This document shows positions 29,047-38,404 of a DNA stretch of 64,000 bases, one piece after another (within the stretch, counting starts at the first letter, position 1; each line of letters starts with the position of its first letter). The DNA is taken from positions 6,313 through 70,312 of the forward strand of contig DBDU01000026.1 in NCBI GenBank assembly GCA_002293725.1. The letters run 5' to 3'. A program made the position numbers and the translations under genes. The DNA comes from Patescibacteria group bacterium UBA924 (GTDB lineage Bacteria; Patescibacteriota; Microgenomatia; UBA1400; PJMF01). The notes below the pieces were generated by a model, which saw nothing but the letters and a program-made list of their open reading frames with translations, had not been told where the DNA came from and did no database searches.

Positions 29047-30570
29047 ATGAAAAAGTTACTGGTCGCTCTCCTCACAAGCGCCGTTTTCTTCCTTGTGGCT
29101 ACGAAAAGCGCGGAAGCGATTGGGTGTACCCCAGTTATTTTCGAAGGCGCTGAAGGTTCATCTCTTCTCCGACCAGTCAATGGTCAGATACTACCCGCAG
29201 GCTCTGCTACTAACCCCTACGTTGCCTACCCAATTACTCCTCAAGAAGCTAGTGGTGCAAATGCACTGCGAAGTCCAGGTATCCACTGGTGTTGGAGGAA
29301 TACACAAGGAACGGGATTGGGCAGCGGTGCTTGTCAAAGTAATGCTCTTTCCAGCACATATCTAAACGATGTTCGAATTTACACTGACTCCACAGGACAA
29401 CAGTATATCGCTGCACCATTCACTCCTTATTCAGGGAGCACCGCAGATATTCAGTGGGAAGTTGCTCCTTGGGCAGGTGATGGATGGGGTGAGCGTCTTT
29501 GTGTTCAAGAAGGAACTGCCATCATTCGCACCGGTGAGGTTGGCCAATTCAGTTGTAATAATCCAGGCACTTCCGCCTCTTATACCAATCAAAATGTCCA
29601 CGTCGGTGTCAGCGTTTCTGACAGGAACATGGATCGTAGTCGTTCCTATATAGCGATGATTAAAGGCCAAGGTGCCTTTGACCTCGGTGGTGGCTGGGCA
29701 ATACCTTTACAGTATGATGCCGCCCAGAACCAGTACGAGGGTGGGTCTACTTATGGGGCTAATTTTGGTGATGGCACCTATACAGTGGTGATCTCTGATG
29801 CGAGTAACTTAGGCTGCAGGACTATTACTGACAACTTTGACATTCGTAACTGTGCTGTTTTCCCCCAATGTATTAGCTCGCTGCAAGTAGATCGAACTGA
29901 TCCTGACAATCAAGTTGACTATGAAGATCGAGACCAAGTTCTAGACGATGCTTCGGAGCGACAAGGCCTTGCCCCTAACGATAGCATCACTCCATTTAGT
30001 CTGTGTCGTCAAATTCCAGTCATGGCTCAACCCGATATCGAAGCACAAGTAGCCCAAATTCAAGATCCACAAGCCGCCGCTGCCATGCGGGCAGATTTAA
30101 TGCGACGTGCACAAAGTCAACGGAGTGAAAAAGCCAAGTGTTGTCTATGTACGTATGGCACAAATGCTGTTGATCCCGCCACTGGTGCTTGCCAAGGAGA
30201 GATCGGCACACCAGGACAAACAAATCCCAGTCTTTATTACTTCCGTCGTAACTTCAAACCAGGAATTTATACTGCGGTTGGTTGTATTGGAGCTGATAGT
30301 GAAAGTATCATCACCCGTTTAGTGAGAATCGGTTTGGGAATTGCGGGTGGCTTGGCTTTGTTAATGATCTTAGCTGGAGCATTCATGTTCTCCACTTCCC
30401 AAGGGGAACCTAAACGAGCCAGTGAAGCCAAAGAGCTGATTACCTCTGCGGTTTTAGGTTTAATCTTTATCATCTTCTCTGTAACTTTGCTACAATTCAT
30501 TGGTGTCACTATCCTGCAACTTCCTGGGTTTGGGCAAACACCACAAGCTCAAGAATCTACAGGTAACTAA
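29047..30570 (+). CDS. Large secreted protein with C-terminal VirB2/TrbC-like pilin domain
   Basis: Signal peptide (AEA), Cys-rich body, C-terminal two-TM pilin signature GAFMFSTSQGEPKRASEAKELITSAVLGLIFII. Confidence 0.75.
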   Translation: MKKLLVALLTSAVFFLVATKSAEAIGCTPVIFEGAEGSSLLRPVNGQILPAGSATNPYVAYPITPQEASGANALRSPGIHWCWRNTQGTGLGSGACQSNALSSTYLNDVRIYTDSTGQQYIAAPFTPYSGSTADIQWEVAPWAGDGWGERLCVQEGTAIIRTGEVGQFSCNNPGTSASYTNQNVHVGVSVSDRNMDRSRSYIAMIKGQGAFDLGGGWAIPLQYDAAQNQYEGGSTYGANFGDGTYTVVISDASNLGCRTITDNFDIRNCAVFPQCISSLQVDRTDPDNQVDYEDRDQVLDDASERQGLAPNDSITPFSLCRQIPVMAQPDIEAQVAQIQDPQAAAAMRADLMRRAQSQRSEKAKCCLCTYGTNAVDPATGACQGEIGTPGQTNPSLYYFRRNFKPGIYTAVGCIGADSESIITRLVRIGLGIAGGLALLMILAGAFMFSTSQGEPKRASEAKELITSAVLGLIFIIFSVTLLQFIGVTILQLPGFGQTPQAQESTGN

Positions 30571-30579
30571 GGACTCCTT

Positions 30580-30888
30580 ATGCTACTCGCTCAAAACTTT
30601 GATGAGTTCAACCCACTGGTGATGGAGTCAACGAAAGCAACTCAGTTGAGTACCCCAGGTGGAATTATTACTGAGTTACTCCGTTATATCTTCCCCGCTG
30701 CTGGTTTAATTTTGTTTGTGATGATTGTTTGGGGTGGATTCGAGATGATGACTAGTAGCGTCGCTGGTAAAAAAGATGCTGGCCGCCAACGTGTAACTAC
30801 TGCCGTCATTGGCTTCTTACTTCTCTTCGCAACATACTGGATTGCGCAGTTGGTAGAGGCAGTCTTTGGCGTTAGCTTTTTAGGATAG
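30580..30888 (+). CDS. VirB2/TrbC-like (T4SS) pilin
   Basis: TM-WGGFEMMTS..K.AGRQRVTTAVIGFLLLFATYWI-TM. Confidence 0.8.
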   Translation: MLLAQNFDEFNPLVMESTKATQLSTPGGIITELLRYIFPAAGLILFVMIVWGGFEMMTSSVAGKKDAGRQRVTTAVIGFLLLFATYWIAQLVEAVFGVSFLG

Positions 30889-30922
30889 TTTTTCTACAGT
30901 TTAGTAGTACTACTTACCGACC

Positions 30923-31633
30923 TTACTTCCCAAAGTTGCGGGTGCGACGTTCAAACTCGGCAAGAGCTTTGTCTAGTTCATCAGCTGTAAAGTCGGGCAT
31001 TAATATGTCGGTAAAGTACAGCTCGGCGTACACGCCTTGCCAAGGTAGATACCCAGAAAGTCGGAACTCGCCACCAGGGCGAATAATCAGGTCCGGGTCA
31101 GGCATATCAGTTGTATCTAAGTACTTTGAAAACTCTTCCGGGGACAACTTAGTCGCTCTCAACTGTTCACTACTATAATCTTGAGCCATTTTTTGAATGG
31201 CTCGCAAGATCTCGTCGCGGCCACCATAGTTCAGGGCAAAGGTAATAGTTAGTCGAGTGTTCTTGGCAGTTTCTTGCTGCCAGTGATCAACTCCGTCTTG
31301 GATGTCTTTAGGAAAAGATGACATGTCACCAATGACCCGCAGTCGAATACCTAACTTATGAAGTCGCTCTCCATTCTTAACTAAGCCAGTGCGAAAAATC
31401 TGCATCAATCCTTCAACTTCGTTCTTCTCTCTGTTCCAGTTTTCTGTACTGAATGCCCACAACGTCAGATACTTTACACCACGTTCGATGCATCGTTCCG
31501 CTAGCGGCTCAATCATCTTATTAGAAACATACTCATGACCCTGTAAAGCTGCTAGCTTGTTCTTGCGCGCCCAACGACGATTTCCATCCATAATTAAGGC
31601 AATGTGTTGAGGAACGTGTGATTGTTCAGTCAT
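30923..31633 (-). CDS. uppS: Undecaprenyl/polyprenyl diphosphate synthase
   Basis: HIALIMDGNRRWA, WAFSTENWNR, NYGGRDEI, PDLIIRPGGEFRLSGYL, RNFGK. Confidence 0.95.
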   Translation of the reverse strand: MTEQSHVPQHIALIMDGNRRWARKNKLAALQGHEYVSNKMIEPLAERCIERGVKYLTLWAFSTENWNREKNEVEGLMQIFRTGLVKNGERLHKLGIRLRVIGDMSSFPKDIQDGVDHWQQETAKNTRLTITFALNYGGRDEILRAIQKMAQDYSSEQLRATKLSPEEFSKYLDTTDMPDPDLIIRPGGEFRLSGYLPWQGVYAELYFTDILMPDFTADELDKALAEFERRTRNFGK

Positions 31634-31644
31634 AGATATCTTTC

Positions 31645-32652
31645 TTAAAAAAGATGGTCTTCTACTATTCGTGGCGCGGAACCAGCTGTAGCGTGTAACA
31701 CCTGTTGCACAAGTGGAAGCTGTCGCAGTCTCTCTTCTACAACTTCTTTGTACTGAGGTAACGTCAAGACATGGACGTTAAAACCAGTATTGATCGTAAA
31801 GTATGCCTCAATTTTTTCCGCTCTCATTTGGCGAACTGCATGCATCACTTCAATGGTTCCTGGATACCACGCAATTAATGAAGGAGTACTGGTCAACAGA
31901 ATTGCATGAAACTCCAGAGCTTCAGCTTCTACTAAGTTTCCTAAAGCTGTAAAGTTTTTCTCTTTTAAAGCTGTTTTCACATCACTCATTTTTTGAGCCA
32001 TGTGCTGTAACCGAGCCGCATAAAAAGGACTTGATTGCGCCGATTGATGTCCCTCAGTAGACGAGATTTTTTTCTTTCCTTGATCAACAACGGCAATCAC
32101 GTCACAGATATCCCAATACTCAGGTGGATATATACTCTCTGAATACGACTCATCCGAAGTCTGTCCATCTTTCCACTCTACAAAACCAGAACACATACAC
32201 CGACAGGCCGTGCCGGAACCCTGTCGAGCGAGAATGCTTCGTTCTTTTTCCGATAGTTCCAACCCTAACGCTGCCAGTGCCGCCAAAGTCAGGGCAGCAA
32301 ACCCTGAGCCAGAACTAGAAAGTCCTGTCCCTTTAGGAAAAGTGTTACGAGAGACAACCTTAACGTTCAACTGCTCAGCTTGCTGAACAGAAATGACAGC
32401 TTTCTTGATTGCTAAAGCTTTGATACGTTGAAGGTGTTTGAGTGCTCGCTGAGCCTCTTCTTCATCAAGCTGTCCATCAATCTCAACAGTATTATGATGA
32501 TCTGGAGAAAAATCTACGGTGGTAATAGTATCCAAACCTTGCAACAACATGGAAAGACTACCATTCTCAGGTAGTCGTAATACTTCATCTTTCTTTCCCC
32601 AATACTTCACAAGTGCTACATCAGAAGACGCTTGGGCGGTGGCTTTCTGCAT
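31645..32652 (-). CDS. mvaD: Diphosphomevalonate decarboxylase
   Basis: VALVKYWGK, NTFPKGTGLSSSGSGFAA, ARQGSGTACR, KKISSTEG, AYFTINTGFNVH. Confidence 0.88.
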   Translation of the reverse strand: MQKATAQASSDVALVKYWGKKDEVLRLPENGSLSMLLQGLDTITTVDFSPDHHNTVEIDGQLDEEEAQRALKHLQRIKALAIKKAVISVQQAEQLNVKVVSRNTFPKGTGLSSSGSGFAALTLAALAALGLELSEKERSILARQGSGTACRCMCSGFVEWKDGQTSDESYSESIYPPEYWDICDVIAVVDQGKKKISSTEGHQSAQSSPFYAARLQHMAQKMSDVKTALKEKNFTALGNLVEAEALEFHAILLTSTPSLIAWYPGTIEVMHAVRQMRAEKIEAYFTINTGFNVHVLTLPQYKEVVEERLRQLPLVQQVLHATAGSAPRIVEDHLF

Positions 32653-32656
32653 GATC

Positions 32657-33631
32657 TTAGCTTTCTATCCGAACTCCTTCTGCGTGAAGTTTAACATGCA
32701 TCACTTGGCCACCAGCAGCCTCGAGCGCGGACTCGATCTTTTGTCGGTCAGGTTCGGCAACGGCAATCATACAATCTCCGCCACCCGCGCCTGAGAGCTT
32801 TGCTCCATAAGAGCCACTATCTACACTCGCTTGGATGAGCTCATCCAACTGCACTCCACTAACGTTTAACTGCTGTAAAAGTTCTTGATTTTTGGTCATT
32901 AACTGACCAACTTTTTGCCAATCCTGAGCCACGATAGCTTGTTGAGCATCATCAACAATTTGATGAATATCTGCAAAGATACTCCCTACGCGTTCTGGTT
33001 CTGCTTGATACTGCGTCTCTACCATCCGCACTAAAGTAGGTGTGTCGGCTTTAATACCCGTGTATCCAACTGCTAAAGGCAGTTCAAATCGCTCGCCGCC
33101 CAGTGGATTTACCGTCTTAGCCGGAGCAACGTAATACAGTGTTCCGCCCCAAATTGCGGCTGCAATATCGAACCCTGAACCAATTCCTTGGACATCGATT
33201 ACGGCCTGGTAACAGAGAGTGAAGAGCTCGTGATTTGTCAGCTCCACACCATAGAGTGTAGTTAATGCTTTAGCGAAAGCCACCGTCACAGCACTGCTAG
33301 AACCAAATCCAAATTGCGAAGAGAAGTCACTACGTGTTGTCACAACAATTCCCTCTTGCTGAGGATGTTTCTCCAAAAAACGCTTATACAAGTGCTCGAT
33401 AAAACAGACTGCTTTTGGAGTTCCTTTTTTCCCCAAGTCTGCCAAAGTGCGAGAGTAAGCACTTAACCCCATATCAGGAGCATCGAGGTGAAAAATATCA
33501 ACACCATTCTTTCTGACTGTGGCAGTAATTCTTTGATCTACCGCTGTGACGATACAAGGATGGCCATACACTACGGCATGATCACCAAAGAGCATTAACT
33601 TTCCAGGGGCTGAGGCAGTGACTTCTTTCAC
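32657..33631 (-). CDS. GHMP kinase, probably phosphomevalonate kinase
   Basis: SAPGKLMLFGDHAVV, GFGSSSAVTV, VQGIGSGFDIAAAIWGG, AKLSGAGGGDC. Likely GTG start at 33631 after AAGGA. Confidence 0.78.
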   Translation of the reverse strand: MKEVTASAPGKLMLFGDHAVVYGHPCIVTAVDQRITATVRKNGVDIFHLDAPDMGLSAYSRTLADLGKKGTPKAVCFIEHLYKRFLEKHPQQEGIVVTTRSDFSSQFGFGSSSAVTVAFAKALTTLYGVELTNHELFTLCYQAVIDVQGIGSGFDIAAAIWGGTLYYVAPAKTVNPLGGERFELPLAVGYTGIKADTPTLVRMVETQYQAEPERVGSIFADIHQIVDDAQQAIVAQDWQKVGQLMTKNQELLQQLNVSGVQLDELIQASVDSGSYGAKLSGAGGGDCMIAVAEPDRQKIESALEAAGGQVMHVKLHAEGVRIES

Positions 33632-33638
33632 AGTTTCC

Positions 33639-34520
33639 TTATCTATAGACTTTCCATTGTTTTTCAATTGCTAAGTTTGTGATGACTTCAGGTTGTGAAT
33701 GATACACCAAGAGTATTCCGGATCCAGATGTACAACCACCCGCACCGGTTATCTTGGCAAATCCGCCCGCCGCTTCAATGCTATGAATCATCTGTTTGGC
33801 TTGCTCACCTACGACACCCAACTCTTCCAATAATCGCTCGTTTTCTGTCAGCCTTTGGGGCACAAATACGCCTCGCTTTACTTCATCAATTACAGTTTGG
33901 GTAAGCTCGCCCATACGTTGCAAAACACTGTCCACTGTGTCTGACGCACTTTGATTCGTTTCGCGTACCAGCGTCACCATATCTTTGGTTGTTTCTGTCG
34001 GACTTCCACTCTGTATAAGTAAGAAGGGAGTCTCTTTTAAGACTGAGTTTGTAATAACTTCGTGCGTGTACTGTCCTGTCTGCATATCTTTTCTGAAAAC
34101 TACAGTTGCATCGAGTGAAATAGTAGTTGCATCTACTCCACTGGGATTCCCATGTGCGACTTTTTCACTTTCTTGGACCAAGTTAATAAGCTCGCTATCC
34201 GAAAGGTGTATTTTATGAAACTTTGCTAGCGCTCTGAAAGAGGCACATGCTAAGGCTGCTGACGAACCCAAACCACAGCCGATAGGAATAGTCGACGTGA
34301 TCTGTTGCAGGTATGCTTGATGAGGAATATCTGCATAGTGACGGTAAAAAATCTTCCAAACTTCAGCCATCAGTGAGTTTTGTTCATACTCTGTTGGCTT
34401 ATCGGTGACGATAACTTCTGTTTTTAGATCAGCAACCATCGCCAAAGCGGGGTATCCATAGACGACGCTATGCTCCCCTGAAAGGATCATCTTGGCAGAA
34501 GCCTCACCTACAAACTGCAT
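33639..34520 (-). CDS. mvk: Mevalonate kinase
   Basis: AKMILSGEHSVVYG, IPIGCGLGSSAA, AHGNPSGVD, AKITGAG. Confidence 0.88.
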   Translation of the reverse strand: MQFVGEASAKMILSGEHSVVYGYPALAMVADLKTEVIVTDKPTEYEQNSLMAEVWKIFYRHYADIPHQAYLQQITSTIPIGCGLGSSAALACASFRALAKFHKIHLSDSELINLVQESEKVAHGNPSGVDATTISLDATVVFRKDMQTGQYTHEVITNSVLKETPFLLIQSGSPTETTKDMVTLVRETNQSASDTVDSVLQRMGELTQTVIDEVKRGVFVPQRLTENERLLEELGVVGEQAKQMIHSIEAAGGFAKITGAGGCTSGSGILLVYHSQPEVITNLAIEKQWKVYR

Positions 34521-34527
34521 ACTTCAC

Positions 34528-34722
34528 TTACTCAGCTATATCCTCAGTTTCATTAAGTGCATCTAAAGCCATGTTCAGTGCCGCTGAATCAAACATAACG
34601 CTTCCTGTTACTGACGACTCAACCATCCTGGTTAAGGTAGTCAGCTCTCCCGCTTCTACCTTCGCTCTTACATCATCGACAGTGACCGTGTAAGGTACTC
34701 CATACGCTGATTTCTCTACCAT
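34528..34722 (-). CDS. Small hypothetical protein (64 aa) within mevalonate cluster
   Basis: Fills the idi-mvk gap on the same strand, preceded by AAGGA. Confidence 0.5.
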   Translation of the reverse strand: MVEKSAYGVPYTVTVDDVRAKVEAGELTTLTRMVESSVTGSVMFDSAALNMALDALNETEDIAE

Positions 34723-34745
34723 AAAATCCTTTCCCGACCAACTTT

Positions 34746-35324
34746 CTATATATGTTTGTTTTTCTTCTCTGTCAGAAGTTCAAGTACTGGCCGTTGTTCA
34801 ATTAAAAGAGGTAACCAAGGAGCATACGTTCGATGAGTAAGTGCGTTCTGTTGATCAGCATTAACTTCAACTAACAGTGTAGATACATCTTTCCAAGCTA
34901 CTGCAGAAACTTCTTCTGGATTGGGATGAACTTCTTCATCGTAGTCACCCACAAAAATGGTATCTATCTCCCACTCGCTAAACTCGTCATTGCACTTCGT
35001 GTGGTACTCAAACTTGTGTAGCTCTCGTAAAGTTACGTTCTTAATTCCCAACTCTTCGAGTAGACGTCGATAGGCACAATCCTGGTATGACTCACCTGGT
35101 CGAACATTTCCGCAGCAGGTATTCACCCACTGTCCGGCGCCCACAATTTTTTGTTGACTGCGTTGTTGAATGAGTAACTCTCCTTTTGCGTTGAACAAGA
35201 AGACAGAAATAGCACGATGTCGCTGCGCATCGCCGCGATGTGCTTCAACTTTATCCATTTTGCCGATGGGCTGGTCGTTTTGGTCAACCAAGATAACTTG
35301 GTCAAGCGGCATGTCTGTTGTCAT
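34746..35324 (-). CDS. idi: Isopentenyl-diphosphate delta-isomerase, type 1 (Nudix fold)
   Basis: VILVD..D..IG.MDK..AH, HRAISVFLFN, QQRS..K, NTCCG, RRLLEELGI, EWEID, PNPEEV. Exact start uncertain (35324 or 35312). Confidence 0.9.
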   Translation of the reverse strand: MTTDMPLDQVILVDQNDQPIGKMDKVEAHRGDAQRHRAISVFLFNAKGELLIQQRSQQKIVGAGQWVNTCCGNVRPGESYQDCAYRRLLEELGIKNVTLRELHKFEYHTKCNDEFSEWEIDTIFVGDYDEEVHPNPEEVSAVAWKDVSTLLVEVNADQQNALTHRTYAPWLPLLIEQRPVLELLTEKKNKHI

Positions 35325-35526
35325 CTTCATCTCTTTCATTACCATCACTACTCTGATCTTGCTTTTCATCTGACTGAGACTGCGAGTTGTCATGAGCTTC
35401 AATTGAGTGATAACAAGGTCTATCAGTAAAACTCACCTTGCCACAGATCCCACAGCGTGACCCTGAGAAACGTAAGAGTTGATCTTTATTTCGCCACGCT
35501 GATAAGTTCAGTAATCTTTCACCCAT
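35302..35526 (-). CDS. Short zinc-ribbon protein resembling the N-terminal part of DUF35
   Basis: WR......L.GSRCGICGKVSFTDRPCYH matches the DUF35_N rubredoxin-like pattern. No OB-fold follows. Confidence 0.6.
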   Translation of the reverse strand: MGERLLNLSAWRNKDQLLRFSGSRCGICGKVSFTDRPCYHSIEAHDNSQSQSDEKQDQSSDGNERDEDDNRHAA

Positions 35527-35600
35527 CTGTGAGTACTAGTCGCAAATCTGCACTAAAATCACGCACTTTTGAGGTAAAAAAAAGAGAAAACTTGAGTAAA

Positions 35601-35951
35601 CTACTTGCGAAAGGCTAGCAGGAAGCGAATAGTCAGGTAGCCCACCAGTATCTGCCAATATAAACAGAAAAAACTAATCCAGGTCGCGAGAATATTAATA
35701 GACCGACAAATCAAAGGATAGTACGGATAACAATCAAACCAAACCTCTAGGTTCGGTAGAATCCACCATCTCCATGAGAGCATTAGAAGAAATAAGATCC
35801 CTGAAGGTAGAACTGTCAGCCAAAGAAAAATCTTTTCTTGCACTACCGACTGCAAGGTTTGATAAGGATGCACAATCATTCCCGCCGTAATTCGTAGCAC
35901 GGCATACACGGCAGAAAAAAACCAAGAGTGACTACGGAGTGAGATACTCAT
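35601..35951 (-). CDS. Membrane hypothetical protein (Yip1-like N-terminal HP motif)
   Basis: GMIVHPYQTL plus hydrophobic segments; ATGA overlap with the upstream small ORF. Confidence 0.6.
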   Translation of the reverse strand: MSISLRSHSWFFSAVYAVLRITAGMIVHPYQTLQSVVQEKIFLWLTVLPSGILFLLMLSWRWWILPNLEVWFDCYPYYPLICRSINILATWISFFCLYWQILVGYLTIRFLLAFRK

Positions 35952-36148
35952 ATTTGATGAACTAAAACCATAATAATGGTGGTAACTGTCGAAAGTAGTA
36001 CCAGTGTCTGCCAAGGATGATTACCAATAAAGGTAGTTAACCAATCGGCATGTTTAGGTAAGAAGCGAGTCGTACTTAAATGCGCTTGCAGCGCTGCTTG
36101 CTCTTGAAGCTGTTTGAGGAACTGACTCTCAGAAGTGTCACGTGACAT
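35948..36148 (-). CDS. Small single-TM protein downstream of ECF sigma (candidate anti-sigma)
   Basis: 66 aa, cytoplasmic N-terminus and C-terminal TM, 14 nt after the sigma gene. Confidence 0.55.
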   Translation of the reverse strand: MSRDTSESQFLKQLQEQAALQAHLSTTRFLPKHADWLTTFIGNHPWQTLVLLSTVTTIIMVLVHQI

Positions 36149-36162
36149 ACTAGTGCAGTAAG

Positions 36163-36702
36163 TTACTCTCCCTCTAAGGCATATAGCTCTCGAAACTCAA
36201 GCCGAGCTCTAAAGAGTAATGACTCAATTGACTTATCAGATTTCCCTAGCTCCTGTGAGATAAACTTGATCTTTTGTTTATCAATATACTTTCGTTGTAA
36301 AAGCTCTCGAGAAGTAGCTGACATCTTGCGTAGCACCGACTTTACTTTTTGGGAGATTTCATAGGAGTTTTCTAGTTCAGGAAGTTCCTGATTCTCACTG
36401 ACAGGTAGCGTTTGAATAACTTTTTTAGCGTAAAGGCGGCGATAGTAATCTGCTACTTCATGTCGAGCTACGTTTAACATCCACGTCCAAATACTTGATT
36501 CACCCCGAAAAAGTGGCAGATGCTTCATACACTCCATGAAAGTATCTTGCACAATCTCATCAGCATCGTGGTCACTCTGCACTTTTCGCTGAATATATGT
36601 CCGTAAAGGAGCAGCATACTCCTGGTACCAAGCTTGTACGGCTTCAGGCCGACCGTACTTGAGGTCAATGAGGAGTTGCTTATCGGGTAAAAAACGTTTC
36701 AT
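36163..36702 (-). CDS. ECF-type sigma-70 factor
   Basis: Region 2 DADEIVQDTF..FRGESSIWTWMLNVARHEVADYYR; region 4 ISQELGKSDKSIESLLFRAR; 179 aa. Confidence 0.9.
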   Translation of the reverse strand: MKRFLPDKQLLIDLKYGRPEAVQAWYQEYAAPLRTYIQRKVQSDHDADEIVQDTFMECMKHLPLFRGESSIWTWMLNVARHEVADYYRRLYAKKVIQTLPVSENQELPELENSYEISQKVKSVLRKMSATSRELLQRKYIDKQKIKFISQELGKSDKSIESLLFRARLEFRELYALEGE

Positions 36703-36735
36703 GTTCTTGGAGCAATCTTGACGTATAATATCATT

Positions 36736-37056
36736 ATGCCATGTGACATTACCCGACCAAACCTGGATCTTGGCGAGTGCTACGCACTTAATGAAACGCA
36801 GACTGTGCGTGATGTTTACACTGACCCAGCTTTCTTGGTGAACTTAATTGTACGAAATGTATTCGTCGTCGCCGGAATTATTCTCTTTCTTTTAGTGGTT
36901 TACGCTGGTTACTTATTTATTACAGGTGGTACCAAAGGGATTGAGAAAGCTAAAGAAGTGCTTCAAGGTGCATTGATTGGTTTTTTTGTAATGTTTGCGG
37001 CATACTGGATCGTACAGATTATTAAGGTGGTGACAGGGGCTGATATTCCGATCTAA
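36736..37056 (+). CDS. VirB2/TrbC-like pilin
   Basis: YAGYLFITGG.KGIEKAKEVLQGALIGF..MFAAYWI; TATAAT 6 nt before ATG 36736. Confidence 0.8.
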   Translation: MPCDITRPNLDLGECYALNETQTVRDVYTDPAFLVNLIVRNVFVVAGIILFLLVVYAGYLFITGGTKGIEKAKEVLQGALIGFFVMFAAYWIVQIIKVVTGADIPI

Positions 37057-37121
37057 AAGCGGAACTCTCTCCTAGATTGCAAGTTTTAGGAACCGAAGTA
37101 AAATATCTATCTAGTCATTAC

Positions 37122-37559
37122 ATGAATATACGAAAACGCGTTTCGCTAGCACTTCTCCTCTTAGTGACCTTTTTTGTTGCCACGCCTACTGTCGCTTTAG
37201 CCCAAGTCTTTGGTGAAGTTGAGGCTCCTCCAGGAGTTGCTGAGTACAATGCCCCTCTGGGTGAGGACGGTATCGGTATTATTGTGTTCATGTCCACTCT
37301 CATTCGCATCGCAACTATCGTTGCGGGCATCATTGTCTTCGTCAACTTCATTTTGGCTGGGTATAAGTACATTAGTTCTGATGGCAATGCCAAAGTAAAT
37401 GAAGAAGTGAGAAATCAACTGACATACAGTGTCATTGGTTTGTTAATTATTGTGGCCTCGTACACTATCATCGCCATTATCAGTCTCTTACTCTTTGGAA
37501 AAGCTGACTTTATTCTTAACCCAACAATTACAGGACCAAGTACACCTCAAGTTATATGA
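37122..37559 (+). CDS. VirB2/TrbC-like pilin with signal peptide
   Basis: Signal peptide VALA|Q; AGYKYISSDGNAK..EVRNQLTYSVIGLLIIVASY. Confidence 0.8.
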   Translation: MNIRKRVSLALLLLVTFFVATPTVALAQVFGEVEAPPGVAEYNAPLGEDGIGIIVFMSTLIRIATIVAGIIVFVNFILAGYKYISSDGNAKVNEEVRNQLTYSVIGLLIIVASYTIIAIISLLLFGKADFILNPTITGPSTPQVI

Positions 37560-37951
37560 TGTTGCCAACCCTTCTCGCACAAGCAAATCTCGGCGGCGGC
37601 TTTACTCCACCAGGCGGAGAGAACACTACCTTTGTTCCCTCTAATCTTGATTCTGCTGAAGGAGTTTTCACTACTGGCTCAAACTTGATTTCGTATATCT
37701 TTACCTTCTTAACTGTTTTTGCTGGCATCATGTTCCTCTACCAATTCATCCGTGGAGCACTTGCCTGGATCTCTGCTGGTGGTGATCAAAAGAAGATTTC
37801 TGAAGCACGAGACATGATTACTCAGGGAGTAATTGGCTTAGTGATTGTCATTGCTGCCTACTCTATTATTGGTTTGATCAGTACCGTCCTCGGGCTCGAT
37901 CTCTTGAACCCAGGTCAACAACTCTTAGAACTGGTTCCACAACCAATCTAA
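37556..37951 (+). CDS. VirB2/TrbC-like pilin
   Basis: GALAWISAGGDQKKISEARDMITQGVIGLVIVIAAY. Confidence 0.82.
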   Translation: MMLPTLLAQANLGGGFTPPGGENTTFVPSNLDSAEGVFTTGSNLISYIFTFLTVFAGIMFLYQFIRGALAWISAGGDQKKISEARDMITQGVIGLVIVIAAYSIIGLISTVLGLDLLNPGQQLLELVPQPI

Positions 37952-37957
37952 ATACTT

Positions 37958-38404
37958 ATGAAGAAATACGTCGCACTCATCACCGCCTTCATCCTCCTCT
38001 TTACGGGAGTATTTTTGGCAACTGCATTACCTGTTTCTGCTCAGGTACCTCCTCTTCAAAACGAAGCTATTCCAGACAATCTTTCTAACTACGGTGAAGC
38101 TCGCACTGGTGCCAGTGCGGCTTTCTACTTAGTTTTCATCTGGCGAGCCTTGATTTTTGTCGGTGGCTTAATGGTAATCATCTACTTCATCTTGGCTGCC
38201 TTTGAGTGGATTACGGCCAATGGTGAAGCCAGTAAAATCAGCTCTGCCAGAAATAAAATGACTGGTGCGATTGCTGGATTTATCGTCTTGTCTGCACTTT
38301 TTGTCCTGCTTGAGTTCTTAGGTGGTTTATTTGGCTTTGATGTCTTATCACCGACAATTCCTACGCCTACACAAGCACCAGTAAATCCAGGTACATTTAT
38401 ATGA
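37958..38404 (+). CDS. VirB2/TrbC-like pilin with signal peptide
   Basis: Signal peptide VSA|Q; AFEWITANGEASKISSARNKMTGAIAGFIVL. Confidence 0.82.
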   Translation: MKKYVALITAFILLFTGVFLATALPVSAQVPPLQNEAIPDNLSNYGEARTGASAAFYLVFIWRALIFVGGLMVIIYFILAAFEWITANGEASKISSARNKMTGAIAGFIVLSALFVLLEFLGGLFGFDVLSPTIPTPTQAPVNPGTFI

